From: Epithemia pelagica | Lineage: Eukaryota > Protista > Bacillariophyta | Length of the DNA stretch: 64,000 nt | NCBI GenBank assembly: GCA_946965045.2 | Contig: OX337233.1 | Coordinates: 1,116,001 to 1,180,000 of the forward strand | Reading direction: 5' to 3' | Shown: positions 1-12,895 of the stretch, in pieces | Layout of the letters: each line of letters opens with the position of its first letter | Position numbering within the stretch: position 1 is the first letter of the stretch | Translations under genes and position numbers: made by a program | Notes under the pieces: generated by a model | Databases searched by the model: none | Told to the model about the DNA's origin: nothing | The model's input: the letters and a program-made list of their open reading frames with translations, nothing else

Positions 1-1227
1 CAACAAATCTTCAAACCGAATTGCAATGTAGGGTTTGCCTTCCAAATCCTCTTTTGAATACTCGTCTGTCATTGTATGGTTCACGCTATTTTGGGAGGTT
101 CCAGGTCTTTGCAATGACTCGGGAAGCAAGTATTCCAAGTACCATTGATTCCACATGTGGGCCAGAGTGGGATAGGTCATTCTTGTTTTGGGCGTGGAGG
201 CTTTGATGACATGGTCAATGGTTTGGTTGGGTCGATGACTGGGTTCCAAAACGGAAAGGAACACGCGTAGTTGATTAGCGTCAATCATGTTGGGACAATT
301 GTTGTATCCAGCCCGAACTCCATGACGGGACGCGGCCGACACTCGTACCGTACGAGTGGTCTGGAAGGAAACAGTCTCGTTTCGGGAAAAGTAGACCTCA
401 CTTTTCACACGGTTCCAGACGACATCGTAGGGACTGGAACAAACGGATTGCATCCATCGATACGGGTCCCGAACAATCACGACCCGAAGAAACTCGGGCT
501 CGGCGGAAGGGTTCGAGGATTGTGGAGAGGGTGGCCGTTTTTGGTATCGACCCGCATGCTTGTTGTCGAAAAAGTTGAGTACGGTGGCTTTCAGGTCTTC
601 ATTCCAGGCATAGGGCCAGGTTGCTCGCATTTCCTCCGAGGCATTGTGATAAAACCAGTTATCCTTCAATTGCGCCAAATTCAAACGCAAGAGCTTGACC
701 AAGGCATTGGTGCCCGTGTTGTAAAGACCCGAAATCACGGGAAGGAGCACGGATGAGTTCTTGGTTGAATCGTTTCTCAATGAATCCACGGAGCGCCGTA
801 TCGGACATTGCCGAATGATGCGTGGTTCCGCACCGTACAATTGCACCATTTCCGACCAAAACGGAAGTACGGGATACGTTCGTCTGGCACGGCTCGTATC
901 ATTGGTATCCTTCTTGCGGTGATGATTCTCCAGGCAGAACTGTTCGGCATTGGGAACTCCGGCGTCGACCAGAATACGCCAAAATTGTTGACGACCTTCA
1001 CATTCCGGCGGATAGACTGGTTCTTGAAACGTGGGGGCATGGCTGACGACTTGAGGTGTTGTTGTCGCCTCGACAGGTCTTGTGGTGATCCACCACGTCC
1101 TAGTGAACTGGAAATTGCGACACAGATTCAAGAGACAAAAGAAACTGATGGCAACAATCGACGATAGATTACGACCTCGCAGACAAGCTGCTTTATTTGT
1201 GCCTGGTGGAGGAGAATTGTTTTTCAT
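1..1227 (-). CDS. Sulfotransferase-like type II membrane protein (3'-truncated by window edge; absent from ORF track)
   Basis: Manual translation gives an open frame from ATG at 1227 (MKNNSPPPG) to position 1. It has an N-terminal hydrophobic segment (SIVAISFFCLLNL) and the motifs SGLYNTGTNAL, NKHA, VIVRDPYRWMQSVC, CPNM, LAHMWNQWY and IRFEDLL, typical of algal PAPS-dependent sulfotransferase-fold proteins. Confidence 0.75.
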   Translation of the reverse strand, partial: MKNNSPPPGTNKAACLRGRNLSSIVAISFFCLLNLCRNFQFTRTWWITTRPVEATTTPQVVSHAPTFQEPVYPPECEGRQQFWRILVDAGVPNAEQFCLENHHRKKDTNDTSRARRTYPVLPFWSEMVQLYGAEPRIIRQCPIRRSVDSLRNDSTKNSSVLLPVISGLYNTGTNALVKLLRLNLAQLKDNWFYHNASEEMRATWPYAWNEDLKATVLNFFDNKHAGRYQKRPPSPQSSNPSAEPEFLRVVIVRDPYRWMQSVCSSPYDVVWNRVKSEVYFSRNETVSFQTTRTVRVSAASRHGVRAGYNNCPNMIDANQLRVFLSVLEPSHRPNQTIDHVIKASTPKTRMTYPTLAHMWNQWYLEYLLPESLQRPGTSQNSVNHTMTDEYSKEDLEGKPYIAIRFEDLL

Positions 1228-1719
1228 GCTTCACTACCAAGGTACTTGTTTTGCCTTGTCGACTCCCTCTTGGCTGTTGAGTGCCTGGTCGTTCTGATGT
1301 TGTGGGGGAAGACGCAAAGAATGGCCGTCAAGAGATCGGTCGGCGTGGTTGTCACATTCCCGTCTCGCTCGCTATCACTACTCATCTGTTACAATCCATT
1401 ATAACTACGAGAAATTTAGATTGATTTATATGTGATGACGCTCAGGTGTTTTCGTTTGTGCCTTGCTACCAGCATCCAAATCCATACTTCTACCGCTAGC
1501 ACTCCTCGTGGGCACAAGGGAAGATAAGATAACGATCTCTACAATTAGATCCTCCTAGAGTCCTGTCGGCTTACTCTCCCAGGCCCAGGACGAGCTATCG
1601 GTGTACTGAGATGACATCCATATCAGAACGATATCTGATATCTCCACTTATTCTTCCTACACGTCTCCTTGAGGACAAGCTGTACCACTAAGTTGCAAGC
1701 ATGGCTACCAAGAAGTGCA

Positions 1720-4700
1720 TCACGTAGACGAGGAGTGAAATTCTGACGAGACTTCCTGAATCGCGATGGACAGCTTCTCGTTCCCAAGTCTCTCGGATGC
1801 TTCCTTCGCTCTCAGGAGCAAGGAACAAACATCTTGGTGTTCTCTTCCATTGCTTTGTAAGATTCGAGTCACCCGCGAGATTCTCTTCACTGTTTGGACA
1901 AGACAATGCCATTGATCCTCATTGGCCTCATTCCACCCAACATCTTGAACTTCATACGACAATGCATCTACCAGACCTTTGATGCCAATCTCAATGATTT
2001 CTTCAAACCCACCAAAACCGGAATTCGTCCTCTGTTGGCGGTGAACCACAAGTGCTTCTAGCGACAACAGTATAGAACGAGGAAGTGCGTGTCGTCCCAT
2101 GTCGCCAAGAAGCGTTCTCAAATATTCAGTATCGGGATCGTTGCTTCTCAACCCCATTTCAAACAGCAGAAGAAGAAGCCTTCCTCTTGACCCTTTTAAA
2201 TCTCGACTGCCGTGATTACGCCAAAGAGCACGCGAATACGAAGAGAAGTCCATGGAGCTCAAACGGGAAAGATCCGAATGTGGAAGCGGTAGACCCATTT
2301 CTTCAATTTCACTGGCGACGAAGGTACCGAAGGAACAGTCCTTCAGAGAGCCTGCTGGGCCTCCTCGTGCCTCCGGGAACATCTTTTCTTCGTCAACAAC
2401 GGTTTGAAGAATCTTTTGAGGGAACAGGAAAGCCGCGGCTCTGAGTGCGCGATGTCTCATGGAGTATGTTACTGTAAATTGTTTCGAAGATCCCGCAGAG
2501 CCCTTAATATCCACAGCAAAGGAGGAGTTGCTCGACAGCACTGTTGTTTTGACATCCACGTCAGAAAAAACGATGCGAAGAAGGTCACGGGCACTATCCA
2601 TCATCAACCCATTCCTCTTGGAATCAAGCTCCTTGCGGAGCTTCGACTGCAAATTCCCTCGTTTTCTTTCCGTGTTGGGGTCCTTTTTCGTCTCCTTCGA
2701 AGGAGTAAATTGGTCTGCTTCATCGAGGAACTCCTCAGACTCTCCAGCTCTCGTATAAAGGTCAGCGAAAGCAAGGAGAAATACAACACGTAGCGACACA
2801 ATATGGCATTCTTGATCACATATTTCTCGCCGGGAACACGGTCTAGAACTGAAAGGCTCCTCATCTGAAGTTTTTTGCGTCCGCTCATTACGTGAACGAC
2901 CTAGCTCTTCGCCACTCTCCCACTCCCCAACTCGTTGTACGGTTGTGAGATCCATCACAAAATTTATGGTATCATCTTCACCAGCAAAATTCTCAAATGA
3001 CTCATCACAATCCTTGCCTGATCCGGCGCTAGGACGAAGAATCTCTTCCTCATCTTGTACTTCACGGCCATAAAACAGCAATTGACGAGCAAGCCGTTTC
3101 GATGTCGATTCGGGATGGATATGTGAGTGTTGTTGCTCCAAGAACTTTGTCGCATGAACAATGAGGGTGACTATTGCTCGGAACCTTGTAGATGAAAGGG
3201 CAACGTTCGTATCGAGGGACGCAGAAGCTGTGTAGTGTGACCCTTTAACAAGCAAGATTTCAACCATTTGTTCTGGAGATGGCTCATGACCATCAAGAAA
3301 TGCCCCCGACAGATCTCCCAGAATCATATCCACGACGCTTGATGTTCCGTTATGGCAGTTCGTGCCATTAGGGTCCAGAATAGCTTTGATAGCTAGACTG
3401 TCAGAAAGGGCAGTTCTGGTCTTTGATAGGCGTTTGATGTGTGTGTACATGTCGTCACCTGCAAGTGAAGAATGACTAGCTTCTAAATCATGCGACGCGT
3501 TGGTGGCGGCATCGAGTGCGACTTGTATGCATAAAAGGCGATTTTCTTCGTGAATATTGTATTGGTCTGCGCACCACTCAGCCAGTAACATTTTGTCTTG
3601 ATGTGATCGTAGCTTATCGATCACTGGACTCACGTCGTTGTTGAAAGACGGCAAGGTCATTTTCTTTTCCGATCGTATTCGAAATCGTGCCATCAGGAAT
3701 CGCGTATGAATGTATCCTTGGGGAATCCCAAGAGATAAGCTCAATGGGGTAAGCGGGACCGCTGCCGACAATTCCATGGCAATGTTCATCGTTTCCTGCA
3801 ATGGGGCCAAAGGGTCGAAAACCAGAGATCCGGAGTCACCTTTCTTCTTCTGTCCAAGCACATTCAGGCATCCAGGCTCTTCGCTACGGTCATTTTTGAG
3901 GAAATCCTTGAGACTGATGAAGAAACCGGAGAAGTTCGGGCGACTCAGTCTGTCACTGAAGTGAGCCCCAAGAATGGCGAGAGCGTCTCGTTTACGGTCC
4001 ACGAATTCTAACTCAAGTTCTAGCTGGTCTTTGTCAACAGTAGCGTCGTCAGTGTCATGGTCCAAGAGAAGCAGGAGGCTGTCATTATACAACGAAAGCA
4101 CCAGAGAAAATCGTTCGTAGTCCGCCCCATACGCTGTAGTTGATTCCAGCTTCATCAAACAATCTCTCAGGATAGCAACTCGTTTTGAGCATGACCGCAC
4201 TTTGCGGATGGAATCTCGTACTGCTCGCGTTACGAACTTCATGTAGCGCCTTGCATCATGTTCATCCCCTGTACCCGTGTCATCATCAAATTGTTCAGTG
4301 GGAGGAGTGATGAGAAAAATAATCATAAGGAGGTCGACCATATCTGAAGAATCGGCAAAAATTGATGCAAAGCGCTTCCCCAACGCCATGGCGTGTCCAA
4401 CGCCTTCCTTTTTGGCGCCCGCAGTAATTAGAGGAGAAAGTATATCATTCGCGGAATGAGCAATGCTAGTTCTTTTCTCTGATGACTGGCTCCCCGTGAA
4501 CCATTTTTGATCAAAATGCACGGCGAGCGAGGACAATCTCTTCCACCATAATGCATTGGTGCCAAGTTCTTGGCATTGTTGGAGGAAGAGAGTTTGATTA
4601 TTCCAACCAACCTTGTAAAACATGTTGCCCTCGATCGGCTCTGCTTGTGAACATGCCTGTTTGCCTAAATTGGCAAGGACGAGAAGGCGATCATACGAGT

Positions 4701-7700
4701 TTGTCTTGAGCGCCATTGGAATTGCCGATTTGTACAGTTTGAAGGCAACTCGTTTTGGCATTGTTAGAAGAAATGCGGCCGCCAACTGCGAATCGATTAC
4801 TCCAGATGTCATACCACCTTTGCTTCCACCAAGGCACCGTTCCGCCAAACGGGCAATAGTTTTGTCCAAAATCTGCATCAGTCCTTCATCACACCTGTAC
4901 CAACCACGTCGTTGTTTGAACGATGCATCTTGTGACAAGGTCGTCACAAGTATTCTAAGTGCGAGACTATGAGTGCCCTGAATGTTGGCAAGATCCAACA
5001 ACTCCAGTGTTCCACTGCGTCCACGATTGCTGCACTGCAATTCTCTGAATGACCAAGACGTTAACATATACATATCATTTGGAGGCAACATCAATCCATC
5101 TCCGATATACCATGAAGAATTGAGTACAGGTTGTTCCACGAAGCGTCGATGGAATTCCTCGGGCTTAATGGTATTACTGACATCGGCAGCTTCATTCCAC
5201 GACTTCTGAAGTTGTATTACCCGTAGCTGATCGACTGTATCTGCAAGTCCCATGTCAGTTCTGGTGAAAACCAGTTCGTTCGTCTCAATCAAGCTACTGA
5301 GCCAGGCTATTCGAGGTAGGGATCGACGAGCAACCACCCAGATACTTCTGTTCCGAAGCAATGAAGCTCCAACAACAAAATCCCGACAAATATCAGAAGT
5401 AAGAACGTCGTCACGGGGTTTGTTGCCTTCCAAGAAGTCATCTTTGTCGCTGAAAACAAGTTGGCACAGAAATCGACCAACAGACAACGACGCCAGAGCA
5501 GTCATGTCATTAGTTTCACCTCCATCAATGATCCCAAGGAAGCGAAGAAATTCATCAGATCTGAAGTCCCGAGTCCCCGATTCAATCCTGAAACAACATG
5601 CAATGGCAGCACCAATGGCCCAAAGACTCTGAGCCTGCGATTTGGAAGTGTTCATCGCCAGTAAGGAACAAGCTTTTTGAGCTTTTTTGGAACTCATTTT
5701 GCAAAACCCACGTTGATTGCTTCCAAACGCTCGCGCTGCAGGTTCGAATACTGTAGCAGCCCTCTGGATCATGTTCGGAGCGAGGAAAACGTCGACAGGA
5801 GAAACAACAAGCCCAAATTTACTCTGGAGCTCAACAATGGTCTCAAAGAGCTCCCTATCATACAAATCTTCCGTTTCTGTTGATTTGTTCCGTTTTTGAT
5901 GAAATTCGGTGTACTCCGATGACAAGTCACGAACGGAGCGACAATAATACGGCAAAGAAATACGGCGGTCAATGGATGCGTCATTGGACTCAGCATGGTC
6001 TTCTCGAAGTCTTTCCAATGACCACTGCAGAACCCTCTCAAGAACCGCCTTGCCAACGATATGGTCTCTGTCTAACACATAGCGATAGAGCGAAAGTAGC
6101 TTGCTGTTGCAGGAATCGATTTCATTTTTCCCGAATGATATAGCGTTGGTGACAAGCGTTGAAAAGGCGTTGATAGTCGACAAATGAGTGAACGAATTGC
6201 ATAGTGCGAAGATGTCGTCCGCAATTGCATCTGGTTCCCATTGTACACGCTTAGTCATAAATGCCAACAAACGTGTGGCATGCCTAGGGTTCTCGACTCG
6301 AAACAATTCACTGGCACCATGGCCACAGTAGTTGAGAATGATTCGGTGAATCGTCAATAGTCGCGACACCTCTTGAACATCCGCAGTGAGTCCAGTGTCA
6401 CTCGATGCCCATGACAAGGCCTCCTGCGACAGTTCCGTTAGCCATCGAGGGAAGGTGCCGCAAAACAGGGCGGCACGCATCACAGTGAGCGTGCAACGAC
6501 ATTTTGCTACGTCCGACTCACAGCACCGCGCCAAGAAAGAGGAATTCTGAATCATTCCATCGGAGAGATCCTTTCGTTTGCAGCTTTCGCTAACCAATTC
6601 AATTAATGTACCGTCAAAATCAACCCCATGAGATCCACAAAATGGAAGGACCTCAAGCTTCAAGAATCGATCCAAAGCGTTTGAGTCTTCTGTTCCTTGT
6701 TCCATGTGATTTTGTACGACTTGCTTGACGCAATTTCGGAAACCACCATGGTCCTTAAAATTGCGTAGTGAGCATTTTAATCTAGGTAGCCCCAGTGTCC
6801 TTGCAGCGCGTAGACAATGAGCTTCCTTGAGTTTGTCTTCGACGCACTGTTCATTGTCTTCATCCAAAGAGAAATCAGCTGATTGTACGACAGCACGTAT
6901 ACGATTCGCTAGTCTTCTTCTCTCTCCATTCAAGGCCATAGCTCCGGATTGAATGTGACCTAGTTGAAGAACAGAAGGAATGGGGAGCTCTGAAGTCGGC
7001 ATGGCAGATGAGCCAGACGATATGCCGTGACGACTACTACTGCCAACTTTTGCAGCCGATCTCCGCTCGGTGCTTAAACTAGTGTGGGTCCCTGATCCTG
7101 ATCGGGAAGAAAGGATCGAAGGGGATCGTTTGGCAATACCTTGCTGTCCTTGCACCTCAACAAAGGGTGACCTTTCAGAAAAGGAGGAATGTACACGAAG
7201 TTGCAACTCCTTAACTCCAACGTCCATGGCCTGCCAAAGATGAAACCATAGCCGTGTGAGGAACAAAAATGTGTTGTTTTACCAGGAATTTAAAGCGACT
7301 TGTTCACTTACCCGCAAGAGATCAATCGCAGCGTCCAACTTTCCTATATCATCAAGACCATTGGCCGTGTTGCAACACCACGCTCGAAGCAAGCCAAGAA
7401 GTGGATGATTAATCGCAAGAGCAGGGAGAATGATACGGAGAAGAAGTTGAGTATACGTTGACGGATCTCGCAGCCCCTCGTATAGTTGTCCATCACCAGA
7501 CGATGATGGGCCACAATGTTCACAGAATGCCAACAAGAGAGCATCGACATTCAAAATGGGCTTGGATGAAACTTCTTGTCCTTTTAAACTTGTTGCTGCA
7601 CCCAGGGTCATCCACATGTTTACCACGGTATCGTAGTATTCTTCTTGAACCAAAAGGGAAACCAATGCATCGACGGAAGTGACTTGATCCAGTCGTAGAC

Positions 7701-10020
7701 TTTGATGCCGTTTGCAAAACTCCTCCACCAGTTGAAGCGCCATGAGCCTATCCTGTACCTTTTGTTGCATTGGACTCAGTACCTGCTCCAAAGCTTTGTC
7801 GCTCGGGGTGGAAATCTTTTTCAAATGAAAGTCAATGTACGACCACAGCCGGCGAAGGTCCTTGATGGTGCTGAATGCAGAGGATTTCCAAAGAAACTCG
7901 CATGCCTGAAGAAAGCGTTTGGAATCTCTGCTGAGAGCATCAATGCAATCCTTTATCTCTGGTAATATGATAGATGCAGATGAGTAGTTGGAGCTTGAAC
8001 CATCTTTCATCAATGGTATTGAGTTGATGAGGGATTCGAAACGAAAAGACGGAATTTCGAGGGCGTGAAAACCGGAATATGGAATCTCCAATGACGTACA
8101 ACTCGGTGCGGACGCCGAGACAATCGTTTCCTGCGCTTTGTCATATGATTGTTGCGCCAAAAGATGACGAACCTGGGCAATCGTGCAAGCTGCTTCCGGG
8201 TTTGGAACAAAATCCCACAGTTTGACGTCTGACTCGACCAATCCTTTTGTCTTTGGTGCGAATGTCCAACCAGCTCGCACTGCAAATGAATGGTGGGCGA
8301 CCGAAGTCAATACAACGCTGCCGAGTCGAGAGGGTGCTTCTGTCATGGGAATCTCAAACAATACCCGAGGCGAAGTGTTTATTTCTGGCGACAAAAGAGC
8401 TTGAAGAACTACAATCTTGCATGTTGGAGTGCTCCGGCTAGGAGTATTCTTGAAGCTTTCGACGGCACATGCGACACACGATGCGTCATTGGTGGAAGAA
8501 CTGTCATGAATCGAAGTCAACGCCACTACTCTTGTCTGACTTTTCCCCGATACATGTTTGGTTTGATGTAATTGCGCTGTCGCATCATCAGATTTCTTGG
8601 AAGCAGCAAAATGATACACGTTGATTGGCTTGCATTGTACCGGATCGACCCACACAACGGCGGGTGAATCTTGAATTCCCGCGGCACTGAATACAATAAG
8701 GGGGTCATGGGTGAGGCTTCGGCCACCTGTCGTTAAATGGAGGCCCGACGAAAACTTTGTCTTGTCTGGGAAAAACGAAGATGCCTTTGATACAAGGCTC
8801 TCTAGACGGACAATAGAATTTGATTCCGCAGAGTAGTCATAAAAGAGTAAATGAAGTTCTTCTTCATTGTTTTCTTTTTCTTTGTCAGCTGGTTCCAAAT
8901 CGTTGTTCATTTCTTCCACGACGACTAGGAATCTGATTCGCCTTTCTCCATTTTCATTGTTCGTCTGGTCATTGACAACAAACGGAATCGTCTGTCGAAC
9001 GATGCCACAACTGGCCAGCGAGTCTGTTGGAATGCGTTGAATCTTGAGCTTTGAGGCTGCTTGAGCCATGACACTTTCATCTACGGCATTCAAGTCCATG
9101 CCATGAATGTTAGAAACCAAGATCCACGAGGGAGCTGAAGAGAGAGCCCATTCTGTAGATGGAATCGTTTCAACCAAGAGATCATCAACGCCACCACTGT
9201 CGTCCTTGTCACTGGACTCGGATGATGGGAGCGAAGAGGCAACAAAGGAAAGTCGAATGGTAACCTTGGGAAAGCTGCTTCCATCGGCTTCTTCTACTTG
9301 GCTAGTCGTTGAAGGGGCAGGAACCACTTGTCTTGTTGCCAAGACTCGGCCATCTCGTCCACGTAAAATCGAAACGGTCCCGGCTTGTTCGGACGCAACC
9401 ACCAAAATCGTTCCAGAGGAATTGGATATCAACTGTGAGATTTGCCGTCCGTTTTGTTCAAAGTCTTGATTCCTCCATGTCCACCACACGTGGGGTGCAA
9501 CCTCGGAGTCGTTGGTGGTGCCGTGGTTGGACTTTCTTGACGCACTGGAATTGAACAAGGCATCACTTTCCTCACAATCATTTTTGTCGTCTTCTCCATG
9601 GCCTTCTTCAGGAATGTGAAAAAGCTGCTGTTTGTGATTTTCTTTGTCGCTTGTATCATCTTCTAGTAAACGAGAGGAGTCACAGTCGAGGTGTTGGTCG
9701 ACGAAAGAATCGTTGCGTGCAACGGAACTGGAGAAAGGAGCTGAGTGATGATGATGATGATTGTCCTGAGATTTATGGCGGTATTGACCCTCTTTTCCTG
9801 TTCCATACAAAATGTTGTCATAAGCCACCGCAAAGGGAGTTACAAGCAAGGAAGGAAACGCTGCGTGGGGCGTCTCGTTCTTGTTACTGTCTTTGTCAAG
9901 TCGAGGAGGCTGTGCTGCTTCCCTTTCCGGAAAACATAGTGGATGCAAGACCGACTGTTCCCCCTGGTCGCCACATTCGTTTGTTAGGGTGCGACCCAGG
10001 ATAGAGGAGGAAGGCATCAT
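1720..10020 (-). CDS. KNTC1: Rough deal / kinetochore-associated protein 1-like, two exons (10020-7312, 7230-1720), about 2739 aa
   Basis: The 913-aa and 1848-aa ORFs join in frame via an 81-nt phase-0 intron 7311-7231 (GTAAGT...TTGGCAG). N-terminal beta-rich region, long helical solenoid, and a Rod C-terminal-like segment CQELGTNALWWKRLSSLAVHF. The paralogous NBAS/Sec39 family is not excluded. Confidence 0.6.
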
Positions 10021-10609
10021 GGTAGGGTTGCCTCCCGTTGCATCGATTCAATGCGTGACAACAAAACAGAGAGAGCACAACATTCAAAATGTGCGCGCAC
10101 GCCACCTTGTCAACACGCCGGCACGAAATCCGCGCGCAAAAAGAAAGAATCAAGGGACTCGCAAGGTAACCAGGACCCAACTACGCAACTTCTAAGCGAT
10201 AATTACATGATAGTCTAAAGTGGCCTCTAGGAGTAGCCCTCGACACCTCGACACTCGACAACCCAAAGAAATAGGGTACCTATTCCCCGCAAAAAGTTCA
10301 TGCAGGACGACAAGGAGGAAAAGGTAGAGACAAAAGGAGGCCACGATAATGACTTTTGTTGTTGTTGATCCCAACGTGGTATGATTGCACCCTGGGCCCT
10401 GGGTCTTCCACATCTGTGCTTTGTGTACTTCTATTTTCGTCATCATTCATCATGTAAATGTGCCGTTTTCTATCATCCCACTTGGAGTGTGAAAGGTAAC
10501 TTTATTTGGGCCGTCTTTCTCATTCCTTCTCCTATCGTGCACTACAACAAACTCAGTTCACTGAGAAGTAGCTGAGCCACGAATGTTATTAGACAGCGTC
10601 TCATAGTTA

Positions 10610-12353
10610 GTGTCTCTCGATTTAACCGGTGATAACCCCAAACATGCGAAATTGGAGGACGACAGTCGTCACAATCAAAGTGATGCATCCAACATCCAAC
10701 ACCAACCGAAGAAACGCCTCCATCATGGAGTTGTCTTGGCTCTTGCTTTATTTTTTTCGGGTCTTGGAGTCTTTCCCAACAAGTTGCAGAAAACAGTGAC
10801 TCCCCCAAGTTGGGGGAAGGCATAAGTTTTGCCATGGAGGGATCTCCGCTTACAGTTTGGTTGGGTTTGGCCCTCCGCTATCTGCGACCGGAATGGCCGC
10901 AGGACCACAGATCCTTCCGCTGTGTATTGACCATGATGGAAGGTCTTGTCTTTGACACAGAAAGTGGATGCCTCTCGATCGTCTACGAAGATGGAGGTGT
11001 GCTTTGGTGTAATTCTCTCTTTCAGGAAAGAACGGAATGTCAATGAATACTTCAAGACGAGTGGTTTCCATCCTGACTAAAGGTTCTGCATGAGGTGGAC
11101 CAAATGAATGGCCGACGTCGTTTTGGATTTACAACGAGGAAGAAACAGGGATGGATCTCACTTTGTTGGCTTCCTTCTGCAACCATCGTTGCGCTTCCAA
11201 AGCAAAAAGATTTCCCGTCACTGCCAAAAAGCGTTTCATCTGTATGCCGTAGAAGAATAGTTTCCCATGGATGAAAGAAGTACGACTGTGGGCCACTCAG
11301 CACGATTGTCATAAGATTACGACACATCTTCTCGCCGCTCGCGTGGTGAATCTCACCAATAGCTTCTCACCAGAAACATCTCCGACACCTCATGGCCAAA
11401 ACGCGGTCTGCACTACTGTTTGATTGAAGCATTTGCGGCGAGACTACGAAGACGCTGAGACACGGATTGCTTCCACAAGCAAAACGGAGTGCGCCAAACA
11501 GCTTGAGAACTTAGACAAGTGCCAGATCAAACCATCTCTGATGACAAACCAAGACCCGTACGATGTTACATGTCGGATTCGAGGATTTGAAGAAGGCATG
11601 CACACTGGTGTTGCAGTCATTGGACATGGTCACCGAGACAGGAGATAACAGGGCCATGTTGTTGTGAAAAGAATGCTTTGGCAACTCGAAGTGGTGACAA
11701 TCTAAAGGAAACTCAGCATCACACACTCTCATGAAAGCGGAGCAAGAGGCCAGAGGATTCTCACTGGGAGAGCATGCAAGAAGGCATTGGTCCTAGGAAA
11801 GGAAAAATCTCATCACGCAAGGTAACAGACATTCTTGAACGACCAAGCTTAAGTGAGCCAGTTTATCCACAGTGAGACACAGATATTGGCTTACAAAGAA
11901 TCATGTTTTTTCAGCAAAGCAAACCGGGTACAAAGAAACAGAAGCGCGTTGGTCCAAAAAGAACAAAATCATAAATCATCACTTCTGTGGCGGGAACATG
12001 GCAGGTGTCTTGTGTCTTCCATCTTGTTTCTCCATCTCTGCACATGTGGTACGAGCACATCAAAAGCCTCTCCCAGAAAATACAAAGTCCAAATCGCTCT
12101 CCGTTGCTTTTTTTGTTTTGTGTGCCCTCGAACTCCCAAGACTGTGCACAAGATCCCCAAGTCAGTCAGATGCGCCAAGACCATAGCTGTTTCGATGTTC
12201 GCGCTCGGGAGTCGTGAGGTTGCTGTTGGGCTTGGACGGAGAGGGCAAAAAGTTCGTTGGGTCGTCGTGCGTACTGGATCACGATTCGCACACGACCATG
12301 TGGGCAATAATCATGAACGTGTTGTGATATTTTCCGGCACGCGTGCATGGTAA
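10610..12353 (+). pseudogene. Possible decayed coding remnant of unknown family
   Basis: Chain of short protein-like ORF fragments (10610-10825, 10810-11046, 11424-11648, 11853-12353) broken by stops and frameshifts; no recognisable motif. Confidence 0.2.
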
Positions 12354-12391
12354 TCGAAACGTCTTGGGAAACTCCTCACATTTTAAGTTCG

Positions 12392-12588
12392 TTACTACAA
12401 TCCTCATCTTCACCCAACAACGCCTAACTAACATTCCTACCTGGTTAGTCCTCGCCTTGTTCCCAAGGCCGGGCGCGTCGGTCGACTCTAACCGCGCCGG
12501 GCGACCCTCCTCTAAAGGACTGAAACACCGTGAAGTAGTCTTACTACAATCCTCATCTTCACCCAACAACGCCTAACTAACATTCCTA
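12392..12588. repeat. 149-bp tandem unit (one full copy plus a second copy interrupted by the DNA transposon; remainder at 22326-22368)
   Basis: TTACTACAATCCTCATCTTCACCCAACAACGCCTAACTAACATTCCTA occurs at 12392 and 12541. The sequence following it in copy 1 (CCTGG...GCCTTGTTCCCAAGGCCGGGCGCGTCGGTCGACTCTA) reappears just after the transposon at 22328. Confidence 0.9.
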
Positions 12589-12622
12589 CAAGCTGAGTTC
12601 AGGGAGTATGTTCCTGACGTAG
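12589..12622 (+). repeat. Left TIR CAAGCTGAGTTCAGGGAGTATGTTCCTGACGTAG
   Basis: Reverse complement of 22292-22325 except 3 positions. Confidence 0.92.
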
Positions 12623-12895
12623 ACCCCTCGTAGATTTAGTACCATAGAGTATAATCCTTAATAGCGTTCGGCCTTACTAGTGAATGAAAGTGTCCGACTC
12701 GAGACTTCCCAGAGTCTTAGGATATATTTTTATGTGTTTTAGTGTGTTGCGTGACAGCTTCCGAACGCTGGAATTCCGTCCAAAATGATGAAAAAACGGT
12801 TGTTGTCTAACGACCATGGTGGAGGGCCTCCCAGACCCGTTGAACTGTTGCCGAGCTGCATCCGGATGCTTTAGGGTTTACTTGAACCACCCCCA

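Noticed and set aside
12466-12480. GGCCGGGCGCG matches the 5' end of Alu/7SL; CCTGGTTAGT nearby matches 5S rRNA
   Set aside because: Matches are only 10-11 nt; no SRP helix-8 motif or remaining 5S sequence.
12392-12588. Repeat-spacer-repeat pattern resembling CRISPR or a hammerhead-bearing Penelope repeat
   Set aside because: Only two units, no cas genes, eukaryotic context, and no CUGANGA/GAAA core on either strand.
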